From positions 1-40,859 of the forward strand of contig CAZNQQ010000001.1 of assembly GCA_964575575.1 (NCBI GenBank): DNA of 40,859 nt, written 5' to 3'. This DNA comes from an uncultured Candidatus Saccharibacteria bacterium (lineage in GTDB: Bacteria; Patescibacteriota; Minisyncoccia; Phycocordibacterales; UBA2163). Below, piece by piece: positions 18,201 to 26,406 of the stretch. The stretch's first letter is position 1. Every line of letters begins with the position of its first letter. The position numbers and the translations under genes were made by a program. Below the pieces are notes generated by a model, which saw only the letters and a list, made by a program, of their open reading frames with translations, was not told the DNA's origin and ran no database searches.

Positions 18201-18972
18201 TTTTGTTAAGTTTTTCTCTTTCTACTGAACCTGCTTTCTCCAGAGCTTCCTCTAGTTTTCCGATAAGTTTCTTAAGATCAAGGTTTTTGAAAATATCATA
18301 AATAGCTTCAGCTCCTATACCAGTCTCAAAGAGTGTTCCGTATTTGATAATATATTTGTGATATACGATCTCGTCTAATACTGCACCTTCTTGTATACCT
18401 TCTATCTCTTTTTTGGTTTCCAAAAACATTTCTTTAAGTTTTGTTTTTGTTTTGTCGTCATTTGCAGATTTTACTTTTGTTTTGTATTCAGTATCAAGCT
18501 CTTTTAGGACTCTTTGCTTTTCGTTTTCAATAACCTTTGTGATGATGTACCCTGCAAAATATATTACTTTCTCTACATCTGAAGCAGATATACCAAGCAC
18601 AAGAGAAATCCTTGATGGAATACTTCTCAAGAACCAAATGTGTGACACTGGTGTTGAAAGCTCAATGTGCCCCATGCGCTCGCGTCGTACAACTGAACGT
18701 GTGATCTCTACGCCACAACGTTCACAGATTATCCCGCGGTAACGAATACCTCTGTATTTTCCACAGTAACATTCATAGTCTTTTTCTGGACCAAATATCT
18801 TCTCGTCAAAGAGACCTGCTTTTTCTGCGCGTTGTGTTCTGTAGTTTATAGTTTCAGGTTTTGTAACTTCACCAAATGACCAGTCTAGGATTGCATCAGG
18901 AGATGCAAGCTTAAGTGAAACTGTATCAAAGTTTTCTGTATTAAACGCTGATTTGTGTGTTTTATTATTCAT
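15289..18972 (-). CDS. rpoC: DNA-directed RNA polymerase subunit beta'
   Basis: Zn-binding CYCGKYRGIRYRGIICERCGV and catalytic NADFDGDMMAVHLP. The ATG at 18972 (MNNKTHK..) lies 1 nt after the rpoB stop. The ORF-track start at 18999 is a TTG that overlaps rpoB. Confidence 0.95.
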   Translation of the reverse strand: MNNKTHKSAFNTENFDTVSLKLASPDAILDWSFGEVTKPETINYRTQRAEKAGLFDEKIFGPEKDYECYCGKYRGIRYRGIICERCGVEITRSVVRRERMGHIELSTPVSHIWFLRSIPSRISLVLGISASDVEKVIYFAGYIITKVIENEKQRVLKELDTEYKTKVKSANDDKTKTKLKEMFLETKKEIEGIQEGAVLDEIVYHKYIIKYGTLFETGIGAEAIYDIFKNLDLKKLIGKLEEALEKAGSVEREKLNKRLSLLRSMDASGIRPEWMFMVRIPVIPPALRPMVALEGGRHATSDVNDLYRRVINRNNRLRKLKEINAPDVILRNEKRILQEAVDALLDNSIRHGNTLFSAMSQAQRRPLKSLSDYLRGKQGYFRQNLLGKRVDYSGRSVIVVGPDLKLDECGIPKHMALELFRPFVIAKLLERELAYNIRGAGRLIDEGIPEVWAILEEVIKGKYVMLNRAPTLHRQGIQAFRPVLIEGKAIQVHPLVCPAFNADFDGDMMAVHLPLSREAQAEAKNIISANKNILKPGNGDPVISSKMLDIVLGCYWMTKIIEGDKGEGKIFASPNDAITAYDFGEVGFRAKIKVLPSDKPRYAKFEGKPFETSVGRIKFNSTLPNDYPYVDYEITNRSMMALVEDLVKVYGLDQISSIINKIKKFGFQYATHSGITWGIDEVIVPEGKDEVVKAAKEKSKEILGQFNDGLLSKEEKRRMNIETWIGAKNEIEKQIPDTLKKDGSVYDMWKSGARGSIGQVTQMSGMVGLMQNTKGETIEFPIVASMKEGLTPIEYFVTTHGSRKGLADTALQTAKAGYLTRRLFDVAQDAIITEKDCGVKEGVIIDKISSSGLEISIAKNVKGRILAEDVKDSKGTVLVKKGVLLTPEEAKKVEDAGVTSVSVRSPMVCKTKQGICQGCYGVDMTTGEMVAIGEAVGTIAAQAIGEPGTQLTMRTFHTGGTASVGGDITQGLPRVEEVFEKRSPKNPALIARVDGVVSEVTNDGKEKTIILLPDGGEKATKSKKNTEYPVHFRRMALVKVGDKVTKGQFLTDGSADITELFKFGGKEKAQEYIISEINRIYELQGASISRKHIEVIIKQMFSRLKVKESSDESITTGDVIESYQFANAQERAKENGDTAPTAESLVLGISEVSLSRKSFLSAASFQNTTKILINASIRGNQDKLVGLKENVIIGRLIPAGTGFKGSAKSEMIEEVINEENNEEEVEE

Positions 18973-18973
18973 A

Positions 18974-21900
18974 TTAGTTTTTCTTAAGCTGAATATCAAG
19001 AGATAGTCCGCGAAGGTTATTAAGTAATACGTTAAACGACGCTGGAGTATGTGGATGTCTTATCTTCTCTCCTTTAACTATTGCATCAAACGTTTCTGAA
19101 CGACCCAATATGTCATCTGATTTTATTGTGAGCATTTCTCGAAGCGTATATGCTGCTCCGTAACCAAGAAGTGCCCACACTTCCATCTCTCCAAACCTTT
19201 GTCCTCCTGACTGTGCCTTTCCTCCAAGTGGTTGCTGTGTAATAAGAGAGTACGGACCTATTGAACGCATGTGTATCTTGTCGTCCACCATATGGTGAAG
19301 CTTCAAGATATACATATACCCAACTGACACGTCTTGGTTAAATACCTCTCCTGTTCTACCGTCATACAGTGGCATCTTACCGTCTTCTTTAAATCCTGAT
19401 TTCTTAAGTTCTTCTTTTACTTCTTTTTCAGTTGCTCCTGCAAAGGACGGCACTACAGCCTGATAACCCAAAGTGTTTGCAGCTAGCCCCAAGTGAAGCT
19501 CCAATATCTGACCCAAGTTCATACGTGACGGCACTCCAAGAGGTGTCAAAATAACATCAACCGGCTGTCCGTCCTCTGTGTATGGCATATCTTCTTCTGG
19601 AAGAATTATAGAGATAACTCCCTTGTTTCCGTGACGTCCTGCAAGCTTATCTCCAACTGAAACGCTTCTAAGTTGTGCCACTGTAATATGTATTCGTTTT
19701 ATAACTCCAGACTCAAGGTTGTCTCCGTTTTCTCGTGAGAACACCTTTACACCGATAACTCTTCCTTTCTTTCCACCTTCAAGTCGTAGTGACGTGTCTT
19801 TTACATCTTTTGCTTTTTCTCCGAAGATCGAACGAAGTAGCCGCTCCTCTGGTGTAAGCTGTGACTCACCCTTTGGAGTTACTTTACCCACTAGGATGTC
19901 CCCAGTTCTTACTTCAGCACCGATGCGTACTATTCCGTCTTCATCTAAATTCTTTAGTTTACCTTCTCCTACGTTTGGAATATCGTGCGTGGTAACTTCA
20001 GGTCCAAGCTTTGTATCGCGGACGTTTACTTCAAACTCGTCTATTCTTATAGTTGTAAACCTACTGTCTTTTACTACACGTTCTGAGATAATTATCGCGT
20101 CTTCGTAGTTTGCACCAAACCATGACATAAAGGCTACTCTTAGGTTCTGCCCAAGTGCGATCTGTCCTTTGTCTGTTGATGAAGTATCAGCAAGAAGGTC
20201 TCCCTTTTTAACCTTGTCCCCAAGTGAAACTGATGGTCGCTGATGAAATACTGAAAAGTCGTTTGTTTTTGAAAAGTTTATAAGGTCGTACTGTGTCTTT
20301 TCTCCCTTTGTACTTTCAACAACTATTTTCTTTGCGTCTATTTGTTTAACAGTACCATCTGTCTTTGCAAGTACTACTCGTCCAGAGTTACGTGCAGCTC
20401 CTTCTTCCATACCTGTTGCTACAAGAGGAGCTTCAGGAACTATAGAAGGTGTAGCTTGTTTTTGCATGTTAGAACCCATAAGTGCACGGTTTGCGTTGTT
20501 GTGTTCAAGGAATGGGATCATCGATGTTGCAGATGAAAATGCTTGGTTTGTAGCAACATCCATAAAGTGCACGTCGTTCTTGGCAACAAGATTTGGCTCG
20601 CCTCCTTTACGTACCTCTACCATTTCGTCAATGATTTTGTTTTCTGTGTATTTTGTCGCAGCATGTGCGATATTGTACTGCTCTTCTTCGTGAGCATTTA
20701 GGTATACTATCTCGCCAGTTATCTTTCCACTTTCTATCTTTGCATATGGTGTCTCTATCATTCCGTATTCATTTATTCGTGCGTATGTTGCAAGTCGCAA
20801 GATAAGACCAATGTTTGGACCTTCCGGAGTATGAATAGGGCAAAGCCTTCCGTAGTGTGACGGGTGTACGTCTCTAACCTCAAAACCAGCTCGCTTTCTG
20901 TCCAAACCTCCAGGACCAAGTGCTGAAAGTGTTCGCAAGTCTTCAAGTTCTGAAAGAACGTTCTGCTGACTCATAAACTTAGAAAGCTGTGATGTTGTGA
21001 AAAACTCTTTAATACTTGCTTGGAGCGGACGTGGGTTTACAAACTGGACGGGAAGTGTGGTTTCAGAATCTACAGTGGACATTCTGTCTTGAATGTTTCT
21101 TTTCATTCGTGACATTCCAACTCTAACCTTCTGTTGAAGCATTTCTCCAACGTATCGTACTCGTCTGAAACCAAGGTGGTCAATGTCGTCTGCTTCAGCT
21201 CTTGGTGTATTATTTAGCTCTACAATGTGTGAGACAATAGTAACAATATCGTCAAGAGAAATGGATCGTCTATCCATCTCATCTTTAGATATAGCTTTTT
21301 TAAATCTCTGATTGAAACGATGTCGTCCAACCTTAGAAAGATCGTATCTGTCCTCGCCAAAGATTGAGTCTATAAACTCTTTAGCATGCGCTGGTGTTGC
21401 AGGATCTCCGTCTCTTAGTTTTTTGTGTATTTCAATATATGCTTCTTCTATAGTCTTTGCAGTACTTGCCTCAATAGAAGCGTTGATCATTTCTTTTGTG
21501 TGCTTGTTGTTTGCAAACAAAGAAACTAGATCTCTGTCAAAATGCGCTCCCAAGATTCGCAAAAGCGAAGTGATAGGGAACTTTCGTTTTCTGTCTATCT
21601 TTACATATATTACGCCGTCTGGTTCTGACTCTATCTCTATCCATGCTCCTCGTGCAGGGATGATCTTTGCTCCGAAGTGTGTTTTTCCTTTAAGTTCTTG
21701 TGAAGTAAAGAACACACCAAAAGAACGAGCAAGCTGTGACACAACTACTCGTTCTATTCCATTTATAATAAACGTACCGTGATCAGTCATCATCGGTAGG
21801 TCAGTAAGGAAGATCTCTTGTTCCTTTTCACTTCCTAGTGTTTTGTTCTTAAGCTTTACTATAGCGCGCATAGGAGCGTCGTATGAAAGCATGTTCTCCT

Positions 21901-22147
21901 TTGCATAGTGTTCGTTGAACTTTGGTTTGTCTATCTCAAAATTAACAAACTCTAGCTCAAATTTCTTGCCAGAGTAGTCGTTTATTGGAGAGATTTCTTT
22001 AAACACCTCTTTTAGTCCATCTTTTATAATCCACTCAAAAGAGTCTAGTTGTGGCTTTATAAGATTTGGAAGTGGTACAAGAGAGTCTTTGAAGCGCCCA
22101 AAGTGCTTTTGTTCTCTTGATTTGGTTGACGTCTTTTTAGTATCCAT
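18974..22147 (-). CDS. rpoB: DNA-directed RNA polymerase subunit beta
   Basis: 1057-1066 aa with a typical beta subunit sequence throughout (…GPNIGLI.., ..PSRMN(I/L)GQ..). The first ATG is at 22147; the ORF-track TTG at 22174 is less likely. Confidence 0.95.
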   Translation of the reverse strand: MDTKKTSTKSREQKHFGRFKDSLVPLPNLIKPQLDSFEWIIKDGLKEVFKEISPINDYSGKKFELEFVNFEIDKPKFNEHYAKENMLSYDAPMRAIVKLKNKTLGSEKEQEIFLTDLPMMTDHGTFIINGIERVVVSQLARSFGVFFTSQELKGKTHFGAKIIPARGAWIEIESEPDGVIYVKIDRKRKFPITSLLRILGAHFDRDLVSLFANNKHTKEMINASIEASTAKTIEEAYIEIHKKLRDGDPATPAHAKEFIDSIFGEDRYDLSKVGRHRFNQRFKKAISKDEMDRRSISLDDIVTIVSHIVELNNTPRAEADDIDHLGFRRVRYVGEMLQQKVRVGMSRMKRNIQDRMSTVDSETTLPVQFVNPRPLQASIKEFFTTSQLSKFMSQQNVLSELEDLRTLSALGPGGLDRKRAGFEVRDVHPSHYGRLCPIHTPEGPNIGLILRLATYARINEYGMIETPYAKIESGKITGEIVYLNAHEEEQYNIAHAATKYTENKIIDEMVEVRKGGEPNLVAKNDVHFMDVATNQAFSSATSMIPFLEHNNANRALMGSNMQKQATPSIVPEAPLVATGMEEGAARNSGRVVLAKTDGTVKQIDAKKIVVESTKGEKTQYDLINFSKTNDFSVFHQRPSVSLGDKVKKGDLLADTSSTDKGQIALGQNLRVAFMSWFGANYEDAIIISERVVKDSRFTTIRIDEFEVNVRDTKLGPEVTTHDIPNVGEGKLKNLDEDGIVRIGAEVRTGDILVGKVTPKGESQLTPEERLLRSIFGEKAKDVKDTSLRLEGGKKGRVIGVKVFSRENGDNLESGVIKRIHITVAQLRSVSVGDKLAGRHGNKGVISIILPEEDMPYTEDGQPVDVILTPLGVPSRMNLGQILELHLGLAANTLGYQAVVPSFAGATEKEVKEELKKSGFKEDGKMPLYDGRTGEVFNQDVSVGYMYILKLHHMVDDKIHMRSIGPYSLITQQPLGGKAQSGGQRFGEMEVWALLGYGAAYTLREMLTIKSDDILGRSETFDAIVKGEKIRHPHTPASFNVLLNNLRGLSLDIQLKKN

Positions 22148-22333
22148 ATGATAGGCAATAAACCAGCACAACAAAGAGTTTACCTTGTTGTATCGGTTAT
22201 TTAATTAAAAAAGCTTATAATCCCCTCTCTATTTCCCTTATAAAATATTGAAAATCCCCCAAAACACAATCAAAAACAGTAGTTTTATATAACTTGCGTA
22301 GTATACAGGAATGGTGTCTGAGAGTCAATGGGG

Positions 22334-22342
22334 TTATCCACA
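22334..22342 (+). promoter_or_regulatory. Perfect DnaA box TTATCCACA (context aatgGGGTTATCCACAgaggg)
   Basis: Exact 9-mer consensus. It is one of two identical 13-mers GGGTTATCCACA in the same orientation within a 520-bp AT-rich intergenic region. Confidence 0.5.
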
Positions 22343-22521
22343 GAGGGTAGAAATAGTATATAAATGAAAAAACCCTTCAGCAAGATTGCTAAAGGGGCAT
22401 ATGAAGTTCGTCAAAATAATTTTATTCGAGAGTCTAATTAAGTGACAAACCTATATTGATAGTCTTTAAGGTGACTAAACCTAAAAAAACTTTCTGTTAC
22501 TATTTTCCGTTTGTTAGTAAC

Positions 22522-22530
22522 TTATCTACA
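22522..22530 (+). promoter_or_regulatory. DnaA-box-like site TTATCTACA (1 mismatch)
   Basis: Same orientation as the two perfect boxes, 32 nt upstream of the second box. Confidence 0.25.
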
Positions 22531-22561
22531 TACTAGCATATCTAAAATTCTTTGCAAGGGG

Positions 22562-22570
22562 TTATCCACA
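22562..22570 (+). promoter_or_regulatory. Perfect DnaA box TTATCCACA (context caagGGGTTATCCACAtatgg)
   Basis: Exact consensus, 228 bp from the first box and about 40 nt upstream of the -35 of the promoter for the 22700 ORF. Confidence 0.5.
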
Positions 22571-22610
22571 TATGGCTCAATCAGGTGTATGAGCCGTATT
22601 TTTTGAGATA

Positions 22611-22639
22611 GCTTGACAAAACTACTAAAATATGTTAGT
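22611..22639 (+). promoter_or_regulatory. Sigma-70 promoter TTGACA-N17-TAGTAT with TGn extended -10, driving the small ORF at 22700
   Basis: gcTTGACAaaactactaaaatatgtTAGTATataagc. Confidence 0.45.
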
Positions 22640-22699
22640 ATATAAGCATAAATAGTGTTCGTTTTATATTAAATACAATTTATTTAAGGAGGAATAATT

Positions 22700-22993
22700 A
22701 TGTTATCATTTCTTGAATTAGTACTTTCATTAAAAGAGGAACTGTCAGCAAAACTTGGTCCTAAATGGCTTGAAAAAATGGTTGAAGTGCAAATATTAAT
22801 TGAGAAGTTTGAGAGTGAAGAACGAGAAGATAATGAAGTCAAATACTTTGAAAGTTTTCTTTCTGGGAATATGTCAGAGGAAGATGGACATAGACTTGGC
22901 TATGAATCAGGCGCAAGAAGGGCGGCAAAAGCATTGAAGATTGTATTAAATATCGATTGTGAATTACCGGAATATCCAGGATACTCAAACTAA
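22700..22993 (+). CDS. Hypothetical 97-aa acidic protein with a strong SD
   Basis: AAGGAGG sits 8 nt upstream of the ATG. MLSFLELVLSLKEELSAKLGPKWLEKMVEVQILIEKFESEERED... has no recognisable family motif. It is followed by a weak hairpin and T-run at 23010-23046. Confidence 0.5.
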   Translation: MLSFLELVLSLKEELSAKLGPKWLEKMVEVQILIEKFESEEREDNEVKYFESFLSGNMSEEDGHRLGYESGARRAAKALKIVLNIDCELPEYPGYSN

Positions 22994-23057
22994 AGGCAAA
23001 AGCAATACTAGGACTTAGCAAAACATCGCTAGGTCCTTTTTTTATTTGTTACATATT

Positions 23058-23076
23058 TGCGCCGAGAGGGATTCGG
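23058..23076. repeat. Copy of the tRNA-Tyr 3'-terminal segment (discriminator + acceptor 3' strand + T-arm 3' half), direct orientation, copy 1
   Basis: tgcgccgagagggattcg is identical over 18 nt to 23258-23275 of the intact tRNA-Tyr gene. It lies 40 bp from a second, slightly degenerate copy that begins the element at 23099. Confidence 0.7.
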
Positions 23077-23098
23077 TCACAAGTTGCTAAGTATATTT

Positions 23099-23225
23099 GC
23101 GCCGAAGGGATTGATCCTTACAGGATCTGTACACCTTTCGTATCGTACTCACTTCGTTCCGTGCGATATACTCAAGGACTTCAAATCCCTCCCCGCGATG
23201 TGCATTAGCACATCGCTCGGCGCAC
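23099..23225. other. 127-nt tRNA-Tyr-derived, tRNA-like inverted-repeat element; not a canonical tRNA
   Basis: Terminal 7-bp stem GCGCCGA / TCGGCGC (identical to the tRNA-Tyr acceptor 3' strand plus its complement). Nested 7-bp stem AGGGATT / AATCCCT. A GATCC-ttaca-GGATC hairpin whose opposite strand reads CTGTAAG (U33-GUA-A37, Tyr-type). A perfect 8-bp GC hairpin gcgatgtg-cattag-cacatcgc. There are no D-arm or T-arm equivalents in either orientation. Confidence 0.4.
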
Positions 23226-23231
23226 AAAAAA

Positions 23232-23257
23232 ACAGGCTTTCTGCCTGTAATTTTTTG
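23232..23257. terminator. Bidirectional rho-independent terminator immediately 3' of tRNA-Tyr
   Basis: acaggc-tttct-gcctgt with caaaaaaa on one side and aatttttt on the other. Confidence 0.6.
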
Positions 23258-23340
23258 TGCGCCGAGAGGGATTCGAACCCCCGTAGGCCGAAGCCGATTG
23301 GTTTACAGCCAATTGCATTTGACCACTCTGCCACCGACGC
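23258..23340 (-). tRNA. trnY: tRNA-Tyr (anticodon GTA), type II with a long variable arm
   Basis: Reverse complement: GCGTCGG-TG-GCA..TGC-A-ATTGG-CTGTAAA-CCAAT-CGGCTTCGGCCTACG-GGGGG-TTCGAAT-CCCTC-TCGGCGC-A. CCA is not encoded. Confidence 0.85.
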
Positions 23341-23341
23341 A

Positions 23342-23599
23342 TTATTCGTTTATTAACTTCTTAAATGCATTTCCTCCTTTGTAACTCTTAATTTTACGCT
23401 CTCTATTAAATGCATCTTCTTGCGTCTCAAATTTTTCCACATACAGAAGTTCCCATGGTATGTGAAATTTGGTTGATTTGTTATATCCTCTATTATGCTC
23501 CTCTATTCTTCTGTTCAAATTAGAAGTACATCCGATATAATGCTTTAAATTCTGTTTACTTTTTATTATATAAACAAACCACATGTCAACCAATTGCAT
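23342..23599 (-). CDS. GIY-YIG nuclease superfamily protein (small stand-alone GIY-YIG domain, 80-85 aa)
   Basis: FVYIIKSKQNLKHYIGCTSNLNRRIEEHN is the GIY..YIG..R..EH motif. Its stop abuts the tRNA-Tyr 5' end (1 nt). Its first codons ATGCAATTGG are themselves part of a duplicated tRNA-Tyr 5' fragment, and the SD-like GGGGTGA comes from the inserted GC hairpin. The alternative start is M6 at 23584. Confidence 0.75.
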   Translation of the reverse strand: MQLVDMWFVYIIKSKQNLKHYIGCTSNLNRRIEEHNRGYNKSTKFHIPWELLYVEKFETQEDAFNRERKIKSYKGGNAFKKLINE

Positions 23600-23646
23600 T
23601 TGACTTCACCCCGCCCGCTGGCGGGGCAAGCTCTGCCACCGACGCA
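23590..23646. repeat. Diverged duplicate of the tRNA-Tyr 5' half (acceptor 5' strand + D-arm + anticodon-stem 5' strand) with a 26-nt GC-hairpin substitution in the D-loop
   Basis: The plus strand ccaattgcatttgac[ttcaccccgcccgctggcggggcaag]ctctgccaccgacgca matches 23309-23341 of the intact gene except for the bracketed insert, which replaces 'ca' and contains the hairpin ccccgcc-cgct-ggcgggg. Confidence 0.75.
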
Positions 23647-23652
23647 ATGTTC

Positions 23653-26361
23653 CTATGCTACCATTTTATCTGAATTTTTTGAAGCTTTTATATTACTCTT
23701 CACACTCTTTCTTCTCTTCCCATTCTTTTTAACATCAAATGTAAACTCTTTGTCTTTGAACCCAACCTCTATCACCCCACCTTCTGAAAGATCTTGAGAG
23801 ATAATAGAAGACGCTACTTTTGTAAGTATTTTATTTTGTATGAGTCTTTTCAGCGGTCGCGCACCATACTGCGGGTTATACCCTTCTTTAGATATGTACT
23901 CAAAAGCCTCTGGCAGTACGTTGAGCTTAATCCCCTTTGCTTCTAGCCTATCCTCTACTATCTTAACCTGAATCTTCACAATGTCTTTTATAGCTTCGGG
24001 TGTAAGAATATTAAACAAGATTATCTCATCAAGCCTGTTTAAGAACTCCGGTCTGAAGTAATCCTTCAAACTTCCCATCACTTTGTCTTTAGCGTCTTCA
24101 TATTGGACGTCTTTGTCGTCGCTCTTTTCTGTAGCAAAACCAATATTTGCCATTTTATCTATGTGCTCTGACCCTATGTTTGAAGTAAGTATTATTACTG
24201 TATTTTTAAAGTTAACTTTCCTACCCTTTGCATCTGTAAGGTGTCCGTTATCAAGAACCTGCAAGAGAATATTGAACACTTCAGGGTGCGCCTTTTCTAT
24301 CTCATCAAAAAGCAACACCGAATACGGTCTGTGGCGTACAGTTTCAGTCAAGGAACCTGCTTCGTCGTGCCCGACATACCCAGGAGGCGCGCCGATAAGT
24401 TTAGACACTGCGTGCTTCTCCATATATTCAGACATATCTACTCGTATGAGAGACTTTTCGTCGTCAAACATAAACTCTGTAAGAGCTTTTGTAAGTTCTG
24501 TCTTTCCTACACCAGTTGGACCCAAGAACAGGAACGATCCAATAGGTCGGTTAGGGTCTGCAATACCAGCGCGTGAGCGCTTCACAGCGTCAGCGATTTT
24601 CTTTACAGATTCGTCTTGACCTACTATTCTTTCCTTGAGAGCATCTTCCATTCTGTTTAGTTTTTCTGCTTCTTCTTCAAGCATTCGTGTTACAGGTACA
24701 TTTGTCCAACGCGACACAACATCAGCAATGTCTGTCTCTGTTATCTCTTCTTTTAGTATCCTTCGTGAACGTTGTAGCTTCTTGAGCCTTTTTGTCTTTG
24801 TTTCAAATTCTTTTTCTAGAGAGGGAAGTCGGCCGTATCTTATTTCCGCTGCTTTTGTAAGGTCTGCTTGCGCCTCTGCAGACTCTGCTTCTATACGAAG
24901 TGCTTCAAGCTCTTTTTTGATTTCTTTTATTTCGCTAAGTGTTTCTTTTTCATTGTTCCACTTTAGCTCTATCTCTTTTGTCTTCTCTCTTAGGTCTGCT
25001 ATGTCTTTCTCTACTTTTTTTATACGAGCTTTTACAGTTGTGGCATCCTTGCCGTCTAAATCTTTCTTTAATGCTTCTTTCTCTATCTCTAAGCGCATTA
25101 TTCTTCTATGTGCGTCTTCTAGTACTGGCGGTTTGTTCTCCAGAGATATTCTCAAAGAAGATGCCGCTTCGTCTATAAGGTCAACTGCTTTGTCTGGCAG
25201 GAATCTGTCTGTAATATAACGACTAGAAAGACTCACAGCAGAAACTATAGCATCGTCTGTGATCTTCACTCCATGATACAGTTCGTACTTTTCTCTAAGT
25301 CCTCGGAGTATCGCTACTGCATCTTCAATAGACGGTTCTAGTACATGAACTGGTTGGAACCTTCGAGTCAAAGCTGGGTCTTTTTCAATATGTTTTTGGT
25401 ATTCTTTTAGAGTTGTTGCACCTATTGCGCGCAGATCACCGCGTGCCAATGCAGGCTTTAGCATGTTTGATGCATCCATAGCGCCGTCTGCCGCACCTGC
25501 TCCTACTATTGTATGTATTTCATCTATAAAAAGTATCACTTCGCCGTCTGCCTTTTCAACCTCTTTCATTATGCTTTTTAGTCGTTCCTCAAACTCCCCT
25601 CTGTATTTTGTACCGGCTATTAAAAGTCCAAGATCAAGAGACATGAGTTCTTTGTTCTTCAAAGATTCTGGTACGTCGCTTGTCGCCATGCGCTGCGCAA
25701 GACCTTCTGCAATAGCGGTCTTACCTACACCTGCCTCACCTATAAGTATCGGGTTGTTTTTGGTTCTTCGTGAGAGTATTTGAATTACACGAGTGATCTC
25801 TGTGTCACGCCCTATTACAGGGTCTAGTTTGTTTTCTTTTGCTAGGTTTGTAAGGTTTCTAGTGTATTTTGCAAGTGCACGAAACCGTTTCGGCTGTGAA
25901 GCTTCTGATACTTTGCTGTTTTTTAATTCATGTAAAACTTGCCCTACTGAATTCTTCTCGAGTTTGAAACGAGCCATTATCTCTCGTGCTTGAGATGGAT
26001 AATCAAATATAGCTATAAAAAGGTGCTCTGTAGATACAAACTGGTCACCAAAGTGAGATGCTACTTTACTTGAGCCTTCCAGCACTTGAGCAAGCTCTGG
26101 TGTAAGATAAAGTTGGTAAGAAGGGGAAAGTACAGACGATCTTTCTGGATCTTCAAGTGCATCAAGAAGTGTGTCTGTCATAAGCATTGTATCTACATCA
26201 AGTTTTTCTAAAATAGAAAAAACCATACTCTCTTCTTGAAGTATGAGAGCAGTTAAAAGATGAAGTGGGTTCACATGGTTCTGCCCGCGCTCCACCGCGA
26301 TCTCGTGTGCTTTACGGATCGCTTCTTTTGCTTTTGTTGTAAAATTATTGAATTGAGGCAT
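23653..26361 (-). CDS. clpB: Chaperone ClpB (two AAA+ modules with middle coiled-coil domain) with a short basic C-terminal tail
   Basis: 902 aa. N-domain, Walker A GEAGVGKT and GPTGVGKT, M-domain coiled coil (..[26 protein letters not shown]..). C-terminal tail [18 protein letters not shown]. Confidence 0.9.
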   Translation of the reverse strand: MPQFNNFTTKAKEAIRKAHEIAVERGQNHVNPLHLLTALILQEESMVFSILEKLDVDTMLMTDTLLDALEDPERSSVLSPSYQLYLTPELAQVLEGSSKVASHFGDQFVSTEHLFIAIFDYPSQAREIMARFKLEKNSVGQVLHELKNSKVSEASQPKRFRALAKYTRNLTNLAKENKLDPVIGRDTEITRVIQILSRRTKNNPILIGEAGVGKTAIAEGLAQRMATSDVPESLKNKELMSLDLGLLIAGTKYRGEFEERLKSIMKEVEKADGEVILFIDEIHTIVGAGAADGAMDASNMLKPALARGDLRAIGATTLKEYQKHIEKDPALTRRFQPVHVLEPSIEDAVAILRGLREKYELYHGVKITDDAIVSAVSLSSRYITDRFLPDKAVDLIDEAASSLRISLENKPPVLEDAHRRIMRLEIEKEALKKDLDGKDATTVKARIKKVEKDIADLREKTKEIELKWNNEKETLSEIKEIKKELEALRIEAESAEAQADLTKAAEIRYGRLPSLEKEFETKTKRLKKLQRSRRILKEEITETDIADVVSRWTNVPVTRMLEEEAEKLNRMEDALKERIVGQDESVKKIADAVKRSRAGIADPNRPIGSFLFLGPTGVGKTELTKALTEFMFDDEKSLIRVDMSEYMEKHAVSKLIGAPPGYVGHDEAGSLTETVRHRPYSVLLFDEIEKAHPEVFNILLQVLDNGHLTDAKGRKVNFKNTVIILTSNIGSEHIDKMANIGFATEKSDDKDVQYEDAKDKVMGSLKDYFRPEFLNRLDEIILFNILTPEAIKDIVKIQVKIVEDRLEAKGIKLNVLPEAFEYISKEGYNPQYGARPLKRLIQNKILTKVASSIISQDLSEGGVIEVGFKDKEFTFDVKKNGKRRKSVKSNIKASKNSDKMVA

Positions 26362-26406
26362 AATTTTAACTTATTTTTATCAGCCCTTGGCTGAAAATTT
26401 TGTTTT

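Noticed and set aside
23099-23225. Possibility that the tRNA-like element is a second functional tRNA (Tyr or Val) or a tRNA with an intron
   Set aside because: Neither orientation gives a D-arm or a T-arm (no GTTCRA loop). At 127 nt with a direct acceptor-to-hairpin junction it cannot fold as a cloverleaf. It is kept as a structured remnant or element instead.
23057-23356. 99-aa plus-strand ORF and the 61-aa minus-strand ORF at 23149-23334
   Set aside because: Both read through tRNA-Tyr and its fragments; the ERDSNPRR / RGFESL peptides are the typical translation of a T-arm.
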